Assembly: GCA_022843785.1 (NCBI GenBank)
Contig: JALHMZ010000001.1
Coordinates: forward strand, 83,516-147,515
Reading direction: 5' to 3'
DNA from: Nitrospira sp.
GTDB taxonomy: Bacteria; Nitrospirota; Nitrospiria; Nitrospirales; Nitrospiraceae
Length of the DNA: 64,000 bases
Under the pieces are notes generated by a model. The model did not search any database. It saw only the letters and a list, made by a program, of their open reading frames with translations, and was not told the origin of the DNA. Both the position numbers and the translations under genes were made by a program. Shown here piece after piece: positions 27,257 through 35,762 of this stretch; positions within the stretch are counted from its first letter, which is position 1; each line of letters starts with the position of its first letter.

Positions 27257-28249
27257 CTAGGAAAACTGGCTTCGGTGCAATTGGTGCTTCGTGAGGAGTC
27301 GCTGGAAGGATCGCCGTTCTTTACCAGCAGCTTTGGCGGCGTGTGTAATATTGCCGCGATGTACTCTGAGCAGGTTGATAAGGTAGGTCCTTTCGAATTC
27401 CTGCATGGCAGTCATTTTTGCCTGACTCAATGTGCCGGAGGTTGTCTCAGCAACCATGGCTCCGGCCAATTCCACATGATAGGTCTCGATCGTTCCTCCT
27501 CCGCTATGGAGCACAGCGCGTTGCAATACGCCTTCCAGCTCCCGGATATTACCGGGCCAACTATGCGCCATCAGCTTGTGCAGCGCCTCCTCTGAAACCG
27601 ATACTGGTCCATAGCCATGAACCCGCCCATAGTGTTCTGCAAAATGCGCCGCCAACAGGGGAAGATCTCCAAACCGGTAACGTAACGGCGGAATAGTGAC
27701 CGACAACACATGCAATCGATAAAATAAGTCCTCTCGAAACCTCTTCTCCTGTACCAACACCAACAGGTCGGCATTCGATGCCACCACCACCCGAACATCA
27801 GCATAGGCGAACTTTGCACAACCGACAGGGCGGTATTCTCCCCGCTGAAGAAACCGAAGCAGCTTGGCCTGAGCCGGAAAACTCAGCGCATCGATTTCAT
27901 CAAGAAACAACGTGCCCCCGTGCGCTTCCGCCACCAAACCTCTTTCTGCTGAGGCCGCGTCCGTATAGGCTCCTTTGCTATGGCCAAAGAGCTCGTTCTC
28001 GATCAACGCATCCGGCAACGCTCCGCAATTTACCGGGATAAAGGGCTGTCCGCGTCTCACGCCGTGATAGTGGATTGCGCGTGCAAACAGCTCTTTACCA
28101 GTGCCCGTTTCCCCCGTAATCAAGACGGTCGCACCTGTTCCTGCAAAGAGCTTGATTTTCTCAAGCGTGCGGAGAAATACCTCGCTTTCGCCGACTAAGG
28201 TGTCGAAGTGTATGCGCGGGGACAGATCCCGGCTCTCAACATCGGGCAT
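27257..28249 (-). CDS. Sigma54-dependent transcriptional activator (bEBP) lacking an N-terminal sensory domain
   Basis: GETGTGKE, ELFGH.KGAYTDA (GAFTGA variant), FLDEI, REDLFYRL, WPGNIREL and a C-terminal Fis-type HTH. An in-frame stop upstream excludes an N-terminal extension. Confidence 0.92.
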   Translation of the reverse strand: MPDVESRDLSPRIHFDTLVGESEVFLRTLEKIKLFAGTGATVLITGETGTGKELFARAIHYHGVRRGQPFIPVNCGALPDALIENELFGHSKGAYTDAASAERGLVAEAHGGTLFLDEIDALSFPAQAKLLRFLQRGEYRPVGCAKFAYADVRVVVASNADLLVLVQEKRFREDLFYRLHVLSVTIPPLRYRFGDLPLLAAHFAEHYGRVHGYGPVSVSEEALHKLMAHSWPGNIRELEGVLQRAVLHSGGGTIETYHVELAGAMVAETTSGTLSQAKMTAMQEFERTYLINLLRVHRGNITHAAKAAGKERRSFQRLLTKHQLHRSQFS

Positions 28250-28715
28250 TCGCACCCCTCCATCCAAGACCCGTCAATATCCCGACTCCGTCATCCATCT
28301 CACGCCCGGTCGTCTAAGTAATTCCTCGCATGATAGACCGCAGGGTACAAAATTCTCTTGCGAAGGTCCAGCCAGTATATCTTGACGTATCGTAGCAGGC
28401 TCCTCCTACCGGTAGTGGATTTCAACCTCCAGGCCAAAAGACTCTGTGATGCGTCGAATCTTACGCCCTACCAGCTGTACGGCCTGGATCATTGTTCCCA
28501 AGACAGACGTGACGGCACCGCATTGACTGAGGCGGCGATCAACATGGACCTTGTCACAAGAATCGGGCACCCTGCCAATCAAACTTCCACGGATCGCTGC
28601 AGCGCTATCATACTCAAGCACCTGGTGTTTACAGGAAGAACACGGTTCTCTGCGCGATCCCTTCTTGGATCGACACAAATACAGAAAAGGCAGGCAAGAA
28701 ATACGGTGGACGATG

Positions 28716-29546
28716 CTATCGACGAGCCTGACAGGCGATGCAATAAAAGGAACTGCGCTCGCTTTGCATACGCTGAATCATACGCCCACAGCGATTGGGG
28801 CAGGGCTGGTCTTCTTTCCCATAAACCAAATGCCGCTGTTTGTATTGCCCTTCTGTTCCATCCGGGGCAAAAAAATCTCGCACGCTCGAACCGCCGCAGG
28901 CAATCGCGCTGTGAAGCACCTCTCGAGTGACAAGGAAAAGCCGTTCGACTCTGGCGGCCGAAAGACGATCTACAAGGACATTGGGGTGCAATCCTGCGCG
29001 AAAGAGGATCTCATTCGCATAGATGTTCCCTATCCCGGCAACAGCCTGTTGGTGCATGAGCAGTGGTTTCAACCGGCCCCGCCGACTCTTGATGAGCCGA
29101 TAAAACTCTTCCAACGAGACCGTCAAGGGATCACAGCCGAACCGGCGGGCAACATATCGATCGAGCCCCTCCTGATCCAGCAGAGACAGTCTTCCAAATC
29201 GTCGCGGATTCCAATACCGCACCTCCGGTTCCCGACCACCGGAAAATGTCATACGCACATGCACGTGCTGTGGATGTCTGATCTGCACCGACGCAAACAA
29301 CAACAGGCCCGTCATGCCCAATTCGGCAACAACATAGCGCACAGCCTGGTCCTTGACGAACCGAATGGCCACGCTCTTTCCGTGCCGCTGAACTTGCTGC
29401 ACAACGGCCCCTGTGTACCACGACCGCGATGTGAGCCCCTCACGGACAATATCCGTCCGGCCCACCCAACAATCGGTCAATTGGGCGCCGATAAGCGCAG
29501 TACGGATCTGACCGGCAACGACTTCGGCCTCAGGCAATTCCGGCAT
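28716..29546 (-). CDS. mutM: Formamidopyrimidine-DNA glycosylase
   Basis: N-terminal MPELPE, GIGNIYANEILF and a C-terminal CP..C...C..CQ zinc finger. Confidence 0.95.
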   Translation of the reverse strand: MPELPEAEVVAGQIRTALIGAQLTDCWVGRTDIVREGLTSRSWYTGAVVQQVQRHGKSVAIRFVKDQAVRYVVAELGMTGLLLFASVQIRHPQHVHVRMTFSGGREPEVRYWNPRRFGRLSLLDQEGLDRYVARRFGCDPLTVSLEEFYRLIKSRRGRLKPLLMHQQAVAGIGNIYANEILFRAGLHPNVLVDRLSAARVERLFLVTREVLHSAIACGGSSVRDFFAPDGTEGQYKQRHLVYGKEDQPCPNRCGRMIQRMQSERSSFYCIACQARR

Positions 29547-29668
29547 ATCGGTCGCTCCCCATGGTGAGCGATTAAGCCATGCAGATCATTGGAAAGGCAA
29601 CGCTTGAAAGAAGGGATCGTGACGGGCTTGAAAATGGAATTGAGGTGTTGCGGCAGACACCAATGCAA

Positions 29669-30079
29669 TCAGGCACGCTGACGCAGCAGGCGAACTTGTT
29701 CGATGCCGGATTCGAGCTTGGGAAGCGGCAAAGCGCCAGGGCGTTGGGCCAACACCAGTTTCAGCACATCGGCATAGGCCATCCCTTCAACGCAACACAG
29801 ATAGGCCATGGCCACGGACACAGATCGGCCCATCCCAGCTCGACAACAGACCATGACCCGATGGTCTGCGATGTGCCGCTCAACCCAACGGACAGCATCA
29901 GCTAACACGTTCGGATCGGCTTCGCCATAATCTTTGAAGGGTATCCTGCCGGCAATCAGCCAACTCGGCGCTTCAAGCTGATACTCTTCGGCGACCAGCA
30001 ACAACGCGCTAATCTGCGCCGGAGGCTGCGCAGAGTCGTAAATATTGCCGACAAACAGTCGATCGGTGATCTGGTGCAT
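29669..30079 (-). CDS. Dual-specificity protein phosphatase family
   Basis: Catalytic CRAGMGRS (CX5R) motif; RLFVGN start. Confidence 0.85.
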   Translation of the reverse strand: MHQITDRLFVGNIYDSAQPPAQISALLLVAEEYQLEAPSWLIAGRIPFKDYGEADPNVLADAVRWVERHIADHRVMVCCRAGMGRSVSVAMAYLCCVEGMAYADVLKLVLAQRPGALPLPKLESGIEQVRLLRQRA

Positions 30080-30171
30080 CAAGCGTCAGTATACCGACAG
30101 GCCAACAGGCGTCAAGACATTCCCCGGCGCTGTTGCGATTCCATTTCTCCACCCGCTATACTCACAGGAAT

Positions 30172-30531
30172 ATGGTCACTATCACTCAGCAAGAAGTGGA
30201 GCGGCGTCTCGGCACAGTACCCTGCGCCATTTGCAAAGAGTCCAGCTTCGGGATCGATGAACGAGTCAAAGGGACAGACGGTGAATGGCGCGGCATCTGC
30301 AAGAAATGCTACTACACTTTTCCTGTTCATGCCGACATGGAGTTCTATCTGCGCACACAGCCCGACGTGCCCTATCGATTGAAAGAGATTTCCTGCACCG
30401 CCTGCGACCATCGGGGGGTAAGCCTGGATTTCCGAGCCACGATGTCCGTACGAGACGCCTATTATTTCGTGACATGCCAGACATGCCAGCGGCAGTTTCC
30501 GGAAAAGTCGTCGCTGGAGGCCTTTGAATAA
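30172..30531 (+). CDS. Hypothetical double zinc-ribbon protein
   Basis: Four CxxC motifs (CAIC, CKKC, CTAC, CQTC); ATG 30172 with AGGA upstream. Confidence 0.7.
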   Translation: MVTITQQEVERRLGTVPCAICKESSFGIDERVKGTDGEWRGICKKCYYTFPVHADMEFYLRTQPDVPYRLKEISCTACDHRGVSLDFRATMSVRDAYYFVTCQTCQRQFPEKSSLEAFE

Positions 30532-30569
30532 CTCAGCACATCACCGCCATACCAGTGTATACTGACCCC

Positions 30570-30752
30570 ATGACCGACACACCCAAACAGCCGGACCAAA
30601 CACCGCCCGCAGAGAAACCCAAGGTGAGAAAAGAGCTCACCATCATCTCCGTCCCGGACGATCGCGATATGATCGCCGAGGAAATGGCCGAGCTATTCGA
30701 GGAAGACAAAGTCTCCCACCAGCACGGCAGCTCGGAACCGGAAGCGGACTAG
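30570..30752 (+). CDS. Small acidic hypothetical protein
   Basis: Co-oriented ORF with plausible composition; no recognisable motif. Confidence 0.5.
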   Translation: MTDTPKQPDQTPPAEKPKVRKELTIISVPDDRDMIAEEMAELFEEDKVSHQHGSSEPEAD

Positions 30753-30901
30753 CTTCTCAAAGATTTTCAGACATCATCAGCAAGCGGAGCCCCCGCCTCC
30801 ACACCTCTCGGCGCGACCCTTCTGGGTTTCCGCTCGCTGAAACCTCAATGGGTCCCCGCGCCTCCGGTGAAGTCGGCAGGCAGCTCCCGCTTACTGCTGC
30901 T

Positions 30902-30942
30902 AAAAAATGAAACGGCGACGAGTCGCTCACAAACTCGTCGCC
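30902..30942 (-). terminator. Intrinsic terminator
   Basis: Perfect 10-bp stem GGCGACGAGT/ACTCGTCGCC (30914-30942) followed on the minus strand by a T-rich run, downstream of the 30984-31646 gene. Confidence 0.7.
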
Positions 30943-30983
30943 TCAATGATATGCTGACCTAACGGTAGTAATTCCAACCTATC

Positions 30984-31646
30984 TCATGGCTTATTCTTTT
31001 GGCTTATTAGCCCCCAGATTCGCGTCCACCTACCTTCAAGATCTTTCACATTGTTAAAGAAATATCCTGGCGTGAATATTTGAATATTCCTAGACGGAGC
31101 ACCTTTCTTATCCATGCTGTAACGAAACAGTTGGTCTGGCGCCCGATCCACTCCGTGCAGAATCTGAACACCACAAATCTGATCCTGGTCCTTCGGAGAT
31201 AACCACCAGCTCGTTCGAAAATCGTATTCTGCACCTGGCAGTAAGCTCCTATACTCCCGTCGGAGCTCAGCAATCTCATGATGTTTGCTTGGCACTCGGC
31301 CAATACGCTGTATACAGGCCTTCAGAAAAAGCTCGGTTGCCAAATGCAGACAGTAATAGCAGACGCTTGCCTGCGGCCATTCGAGATTTTCTCCAGCCTC
31401 ACCTGCTTGTTCACACAGGACAGTCGAAGCACGAAGATACGCCTGGGATAATCTGTACAATCGCTCAGCTGGTGATAATTTCCTGAATGATGCTGAGTCG
31501 ACCGAGGTTCCCTTCCATCTCATTCCGCGAAGGAGCGGATCATGTATGTAATGCCTCTTACCGTCGGCTGAAATGCCGACAGCAGCCACCCCCTCAGGTA
31601 TTTCTATCCTGCCAACTGATTTCTTCTTGGGCATTCTAGACTTCAC
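30984..31646 (-). CDS. HEPN-like domain protein
   Basis: Y..LHLATELFLKA...RVPSKHHEI.EL and late FRY motifs resemble HEPN families; visibly more AT-rich than its neighbours. Confidence 0.5.
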   Translation of the reverse strand: MKSRMPKKKSVGRIEIPEGVAAVGISADGKRHYIHDPLLRGMRWKGTSVDSASFRKLSPAERLYRLSQAYLRASTVLCEQAGEAGENLEWPQASVCYYCLHLATELFLKACIQRIGRVPSKHHEIAELRREYRSLLPGAEYDFRTSWWLSPKDQDQICGVQILHGVDRAPDQLFRYSMDKKGAPSRNIQIFTPGYFFNNVKDLEGRWTRIWGLISQKNKP

Positions 31647-31940
31647 TAAGTGATTTGCGTCTGACGGGGATTCTCATACGATGTCTGAAGAGAAAATGCG
31701 GGGATAGAATAAAGGGTTCAGCCCACTGAATCGGCCAGCCCCTGCCGAACGGCTCGCTTTGCGTTCTCACGCCGGAGCCGATTGCTCTCGTGTTTGGCCT
31801 CGAACTTTCGGCCCCAGTAGGCGCCACGACCTCTTTTCGCCCCGGCGTGTTCAGTCTTGCGGGCTCTTCCGGCCATGATCCAATCCATAATTGGTCTTCA
31901 ATTTATTCCCACTCATCCGGAAGATCACCGACCTAACCGC

Positions 31941-32255
31941 TCACGCAGCCGTCAGCGGTGAAATACGATTGATCCTGCCCTTGGCTTGTTTCGCTGTCTC
32001 CCACAGATCAACTGCGCGCTGGGCGTTCAGCCAGAACTCTGCGGTGTTGCCAAACAATCGCGAGAGTCGTAGCGCCATCTCCGGACTCACAGCCCGCCGT
32101 TCCCGAAGCACCTCATTCACCGTCTGGCGGGACACTCCGATGGCTTTGGCGAATCCGGAAACAGTCAGCCCATAGTCCGGAAGAAAATCCTCGCGCAGCA
32201 TCTCTCCCGGATGGGTGGGCCGTACCTTCCGAACTCCTTTGTTGGGAATAGCCAT
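31941..32255 (-). CDS. higA: HigA antitoxin (HTH-XRE)
   Basis: RPTHPGEMLREDFL...R.AVSPEMALRLSRLFGNTAEFWLNAQ. Confidence 0.93.
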   Translation of the reverse strand: MAIPNKGVRKVRPTHPGEMLREDFLPDYGLTVSGFAKAIGVSRQTVNEVLRERRAVSPEMALRLSRLFGNTAEFWLNAQRAVDLWETAKQAKGRINRISPLTAA

Positions 32256-32268
32256 ACCAAACCTCGTA

Positions 32269-32550
32269 TCAATGATAGTCAGTTAGCTGAACATCAAATG
32301 CATCGCCGTCGACAAATCGAAAGCAGATCCGCCACTTCATGTTTACCGAGATTGAATACTGGCCCTCTCGATCTTCTTTCAGTCTGTGCAGCCGGTTGCT
32401 TAGGGGAATCTTCAAATCATCGATACTTACAGCCGAATCGAGATACTGCAGCCTCCGTAAGGATCCACTCCGGATCTCGGCAGGAAAGCGTTTTGCCTTA
32501 CCCGTCTCATACAGTTCCGCCGTATGCCGATCCGCGAACGATTTGATCAC
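32269..32550 (-). CDS. higB: HigB toxin (RelE/ParE superfamily)
   Basis: MIKSFAD..T...L..P.SNRLH.L..DR.GQYSI.VN..WRICFRF..GDA.DV...DYH; the toxin precedes the antitoxin. Confidence 0.93.
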   Translation of the reverse strand: MIKSFADRHTAELYETGKAKRFPAEIRSGSLRRLQYLDSAVSIDDLKIPLSNRLHRLKEDREGQYSISVNMKWRICFRFVDGDAFDVQLTDYH

Positions 32551-32557
32551 GCATCAG

Positions 32558-32587
32558 AGTGTAATCCCATGCGTGACACCTAGTCAA
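32558..32587 (-). promoter_or_regulatory. Sigma70-type promoter of higBA with overlapping palindromic operator
   Basis: TTGACT-N18-TACACT ending 7 nt before the GTG (probably leaderless). Imperfect palindrome GTGTAA...TGACAC overlaps it. Confidence 0.6.
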
Positions 32588-32605
32588 TCGACCATGCTCA
32601 CAGAG

Positions 32606-32715
32606 GCGGCCTGGTTGGTCTCCTACTGCGCGCACGCACCGAGCACAGCCCGTAACTGTAAAGTTCGATTTAATCCGAGTGCGCGGTGCGCGAGCAAAGG
32701 AGATTAGCCGGCCGC
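32606..32715. repeat. ~110-bp palindromic intergenic repeat element, copy 1
   Basis: Terminal GCGGCC/GGCCGC with imperfect arms. Shares an exact 15-mer and an exact 11-mer with the copy at 39206-39305. Confidence 0.7.
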
Positions 32716-32784
32716 CCCCTCCGCTGTCCTCATGATGCCGCACCGAATGTGTCCACAGTTCGTCACCTGACAATCAGGTTTAAG

Positions 32785-33963
32785 TCAGACTGGTTTCACT
32801 ATCTTGACCTCTGCATCCTGCTCGATTCTTCCCAGGGCCGACACTTTGCCGCCTTTTTCTTTTCTGACGATTCGCTCAATCTGCACAATCGCGCCGCGAT
32901 GCCAGGCATCGAAGGCCTCATTTTGAGGGGAGGCGAGCCGATCCTGCCGTCCCACTTCATGCCGGCCCTGTTCGTTGCACAACCAGGCCCGCTTCTCCCC
33001 CTTCAGCTCACGCAGTTCACTTACGACCCGATACACATCCGGTCTCCGCTCAACAATGGTCTTGCCGTCTTTGCGCAACAGCAGATAGGAAAACTTCAGC
33101 GCGTCTTTAATGAAACCAACTTCTTTGTCGATTTCTTGAATTGACGGCGGCGGCTCCCAGGCCCGCTCTTCGTGGCACCAATCGTAGAGGCTCACGAGGG
33201 CAGGACACCTGTTTTCATGCAGGCACGGACTAAAGACGGTGCAGCGTTTCTCCTGGAGCAATCGATCGCGCACGTGATGCAACGCCCGCGAGGTCTCCCG
33301 CAAAGCCGGTTCCAGAATCATCATCGTGCCGGATGGGGCGAGCAGCGACAGCGCTTCTGCCATGAAATTAGTCCGAGCAGCAATGGGATCTTTCACTCCC
33401 ACATAGAGCTCGTTCAGGCTATTGGCCAGGATAATGAGATCGAAGGGAGCATGGGGGCGGACCTGCGTCAACCAGGCAGCCTGTTCAAGATCTCCTTCGT
33501 GGCGCTGAAACCTTGCCGTCGTGATATCGGCCATATGGCAATAGCCGGTCCATAGCTGACTCGCTTGCCCAAGCGCAGCCGGTGAGCTGTCGACGGCGAC
33601 GACGTTCAACGCGCCGGTATGCTTTTGCTGATGCCACCAGTCGAGCACGGCCAACGATCCGGTGCCGGGCCCGGATCCCAAGTCCAATACCGAGATTCGC
33701 TCTTGCAGCGGGTCTGTCGGCATTTCATCGAGCAAGACTTGAATCTTCGACAGATTGACCGGTACGAAATAGCTGAGATACGCCATGACCGTCGCCGGGT
33801 CTTCGAGATAAGAACGACTCAGTTCAATACGCTGCTTCGTGAACAGGCGTGAGAGATCACTCACGACCTGCGCAAGCCGTGATTGTGGAAGCCCCTTTTT
33901 ATCAAGGAGCTGGCGAATGGCGTCGAGCACTAACGGGGAAACCGTGGCGTTGTGACGTTGCAT
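32785..33963 (-). CDS. Rsm22/METTL17-family SAM-dependent methyltransferase-like protein
   Basis: VLDLGSGPGTG, ILEPA, PCLHENRCP...WCH and KFSYLLLRK motifs. Confidence 0.8.
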   Translation of the reverse strand: MQRHNATVSPLVLDAIRQLLDKKGLPQSRLAQVVSDLSRLFTKQRIELSRSYLEDPATVMAYLSYFVPVNLSKIQVLLDEMPTDPLQERISVLDLGSGPGTGSLAVLDWWHQQKHTGALNVVAVDSSPAALGQASQLWTGYCHMADITTARFQRHEGDLEQAAWLTQVRPHAPFDLIILANSLNELYVGVKDPIAARTNFMAEALSLLAPSGTMMILEPALRETSRALHHVRDRLLQEKRCTVFSPCLHENRCPALVSLYDWCHEERAWEPPPSIQEIDKEVGFIKDALKFSYLLLRKDGKTIVERRPDVYRVVSELRELKGEKRAWLCNEQGRHEVGRQDRLASPQNEAFDAWHRGAIVQIERIVRKEKGGKVSALGRIEQDAEVKIVKPV

Positions 33964-34001
33964 GGCCCTAGTGTATGCTCACGTCATCATGGAGGACAAC
34001 T

Positions 34002-34250
34002 ATGACGGATGATATCTTGAAGGCCTATAAAGAAGTCGAATCGGCCGTGGAACGCTATATCAACCTGCTGAACGAGCACGTCACGATGTTGCAGAACGTG
34101 GAACCGCCCGGTTCCGACAAAGTGGTGCGTATGTCTGCGGGATCAAAAGCCATGACGGACAGCGCATCGATCTATCTGTCCTATGCGAAATATGTGGCCT
34201 ACGGCATGCCGGAGAGCGAGGAAATGGTCGAGGACGAGATCCAAGGGTAG
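34002..34250 (+). CDS. Small helical hypothetical protein
   Basis: ATG 34002 with GGAGG RBS. Confidence 0.65.
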   Translation: MTDDILKAYKEVESAVERYINLLNEHVTMLQNVEPPGSDKVVRMSAGSKAMTDSASIYLSYAKYVAYGMPESEEMVEDEIQG

Positions 34251-34325
34251 TCTGGTTGTTTGGTTGGCCTGGATGTTTTGGTTTGTCTGGTTCACCAGAT
34301 AAACCACACAAACGAGATGAACTAG
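34251..34325. repeat. Degenerate TCTGGTT-unit tandem/inverted repeat
   Basis: (t/c)tggtt units followed by their complement (accagataaaccac). Confidence 0.5.
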
Positions 34326-34375
34326 AAAATGAAAGAGCCCGTCAGGGTGAGACACCCGACGGGCTCTTCCTTTTC
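34326..34375. terminator. Bidirectional intrinsic terminator
   Basis: Stem AAGAGCCCGTC/GACGGGCTCTT (34333-34368) flanked by A-rich and T-rich runs, between convergent genes. Confidence 0.8.
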
Positions 34376-34385
34376 AAGCACTCAA

Positions 34386-35720
34386 TCAGATGCTGCGCAT
34401 GAAGTGTGCAACTTCGTCAGCGTTGACGGCACCGCCCATGATCTGCGACATCGCCACGTTGGTAGATTTCTTGCCGCTCACTCCAGACTCGACTTCGTCC
34501 ACGATCAACTCCACCGGCATGGACTGACCGCCGTACACCCGCGGACCGCCAATGATCTTTGCCTTGGAGAATCCGTAGATCGCGGTCGCCACTTCTTTCG
34601 CCAGCCAACCAACATAGTTGAACTCCGGCACGACAATGAGCTTGGCCTTCGCGCAGAGTTCACGCAGTTCCTTCGTCGGGAACGGACGGAGCGAGCGCAC
34701 CTTGATCAATCCGACCTTCATGCCCTTTTCTTTGCAGAGGCGTACTGCTTCGCGCGATTGCGCGGCAGCGCTCCCGGACGCGACGATGATTACTTCTGCA
34801 TCATCAACGTTCTCCGCGGTGAGCAACCCGCCCATATACCGATCAATGTACTTGCGCGAACGTTCGACCGCAGCCCAGACTTCCTGCTGCCAAACTGCAT
34901 GGATGTTATAAGCCATGAAGTTCGACTTCTGAACTGGGGCGTCGCGGGACAGGCGCGCGGGAGGATTCTCCGCATCTAACACAGGCACGGCGCCGCGCCA
35001 CGCTTCACGCGGTGGAAGCTTAATGCCGCGATCCTGCATGCGTACATAGCCGCGCGCATGGGTTACGAAGAAACCGTCGCAGCACACACCAACCGGCAGC
35101 GTCACGTCGTTCATTTCACTGATGGTAAAGCCGGCCATCGTGAAGTCGAACATGTCCTGCTGATTTTCAGCGTGGAACACGATCATGCCGCAGTTGAGCA
35201 AGTAGGAAACTTCGATGTTATCCGGCTGAATGGCGAGCGGCGCGTTAACTACGCGGCAGGTGAACATCGCGACAACCGGCAGCCGATGTCCCGGCCAAGA
35301 CGCGATACCCTCGAGGCCACGCAACGTGCCCGGGCCAGCCGTGGCCGTGTAACAACGGACACCGGCGCGGGAGCCGCCCGCGATGGCCGCCATGACGCCC
35401 ACTTCTTCTTCACCGCGATAATATTCTTTCACATAGCCTTCACCATAGAGCACTCCGACAAGCTGCATCGTTTCGCTCTGCGGGGTAATCGGATAGGCGA
35501 TGGCCAAATCCACGTTCGAGCGACGGATGGCTTCTTTTGCCGCTTCGCTGCCGGTGATAAATTCTTTCGTCCGCGGTGCTTCGTGGAACATGTATTCCGG
35601 CGTCACGATTTTTTGCCGCTTCGCCTCGGCATGCGGATCTTTCTTGGCTGCGCTCGATGGAGCCGCCACGCTGGTAATTGGATCGCCTTGCGGATTGGTT
35701 TTGACTTCAGTTTCGCTCAT
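34386..35720 (-). CDS. 2-oxoacid:ferredoxin oxidoreductase alpha subunit (Por/For type)
   Basis: AYPITPQSE, TATAGPG and GLIKVRSLRPFP motifs. Confidence 0.92.
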   Translation of the reverse strand: MSETEVKTNPQGDPITSVAAPSSAAKKDPHAEAKRQKIVTPEYMFHEAPRTKEFITGSEAAKEAIRRSNVDLAIAYPITPQSETMQLVGVLYGEGYVKEYYRGEEEVGVMAAIAGGSRAGVRCYTATAGPGTLRGLEGIASWPGHRLPVVAMFTCRVVNAPLAIQPDNIEVSYLLNCGMIVFHAENQQDMFDFTMAGFTISEMNDVTLPVGVCCDGFFVTHARGYVRMQDRGIKLPPREAWRGAVPVLDAENPPARLSRDAPVQKSNFMAYNIHAVWQQEVWAAVERSRKYIDRYMGGLLTAENVDDAEVIIVASGSAAAQSREAVRLCKEKGMKVGLIKVRSLRPFPTKELRELCAKAKLIVVPEFNYVGWLAKEVATAIYGFSKAKIIGGPRVYGGQSMPVELIVDEVESGVSGKKSTNVAMSQIMGGAVNADEVAHFMRSI

Positions 35721-35762
35721 GATTGCACCCCTTGGCTCGCTTGGGCCTATCCACAGCCATTC

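Larger units (their letters stand above)
1..28267 (-). other. Contractile injection system (eCIS / phage tail-like) gene cluster, left end outside the window
   Basis: Co-oriented, tightly packed minus-strand genes for sheath x2, tube x2, gpD, gpV, gp25, baseplate J, tail-I wedge, AAA ATPase, DUF4255 and DUF4157. No capsid, portal, terminase or T6SS membrane-complex genes are visible. Confidence 0.95.

Noticed and set aside
1-28267. Prophage or T6SS interpretation of the tail genes
   Set aside because: No capsid, portal, terminase or integrase, and no TssJ/L/M, TssK or ClpV-like genes. DUF4255, DUF4157 and the Afp15-type ATPase point to eCIS.
28406-28678. 90-aa minus-strand ORF upstream of the bEBP as a lost sensor domain or partner
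   Set aside because: No recognisable motif or clear RBS, and an in-frame stop separates it from the bEBP. It cannot be supported or excluded without a homology search.
28551-29567. 338-aa plus-strand ORF
   Set aside because: Antisense to mutM.
30768-31689. GATGTCTGAA inverted 10-mer flanking the HEPN-like gene as IS/MITE ends
   Set aside because: Only 10 bp, with no target-site duplication and no transposase.
31765-31855. CACGCCGG/CCGGCGTG hairpin as a known ncRNA
   Set aside because: No second copy in the window and no match to an RNA family I can recognise.
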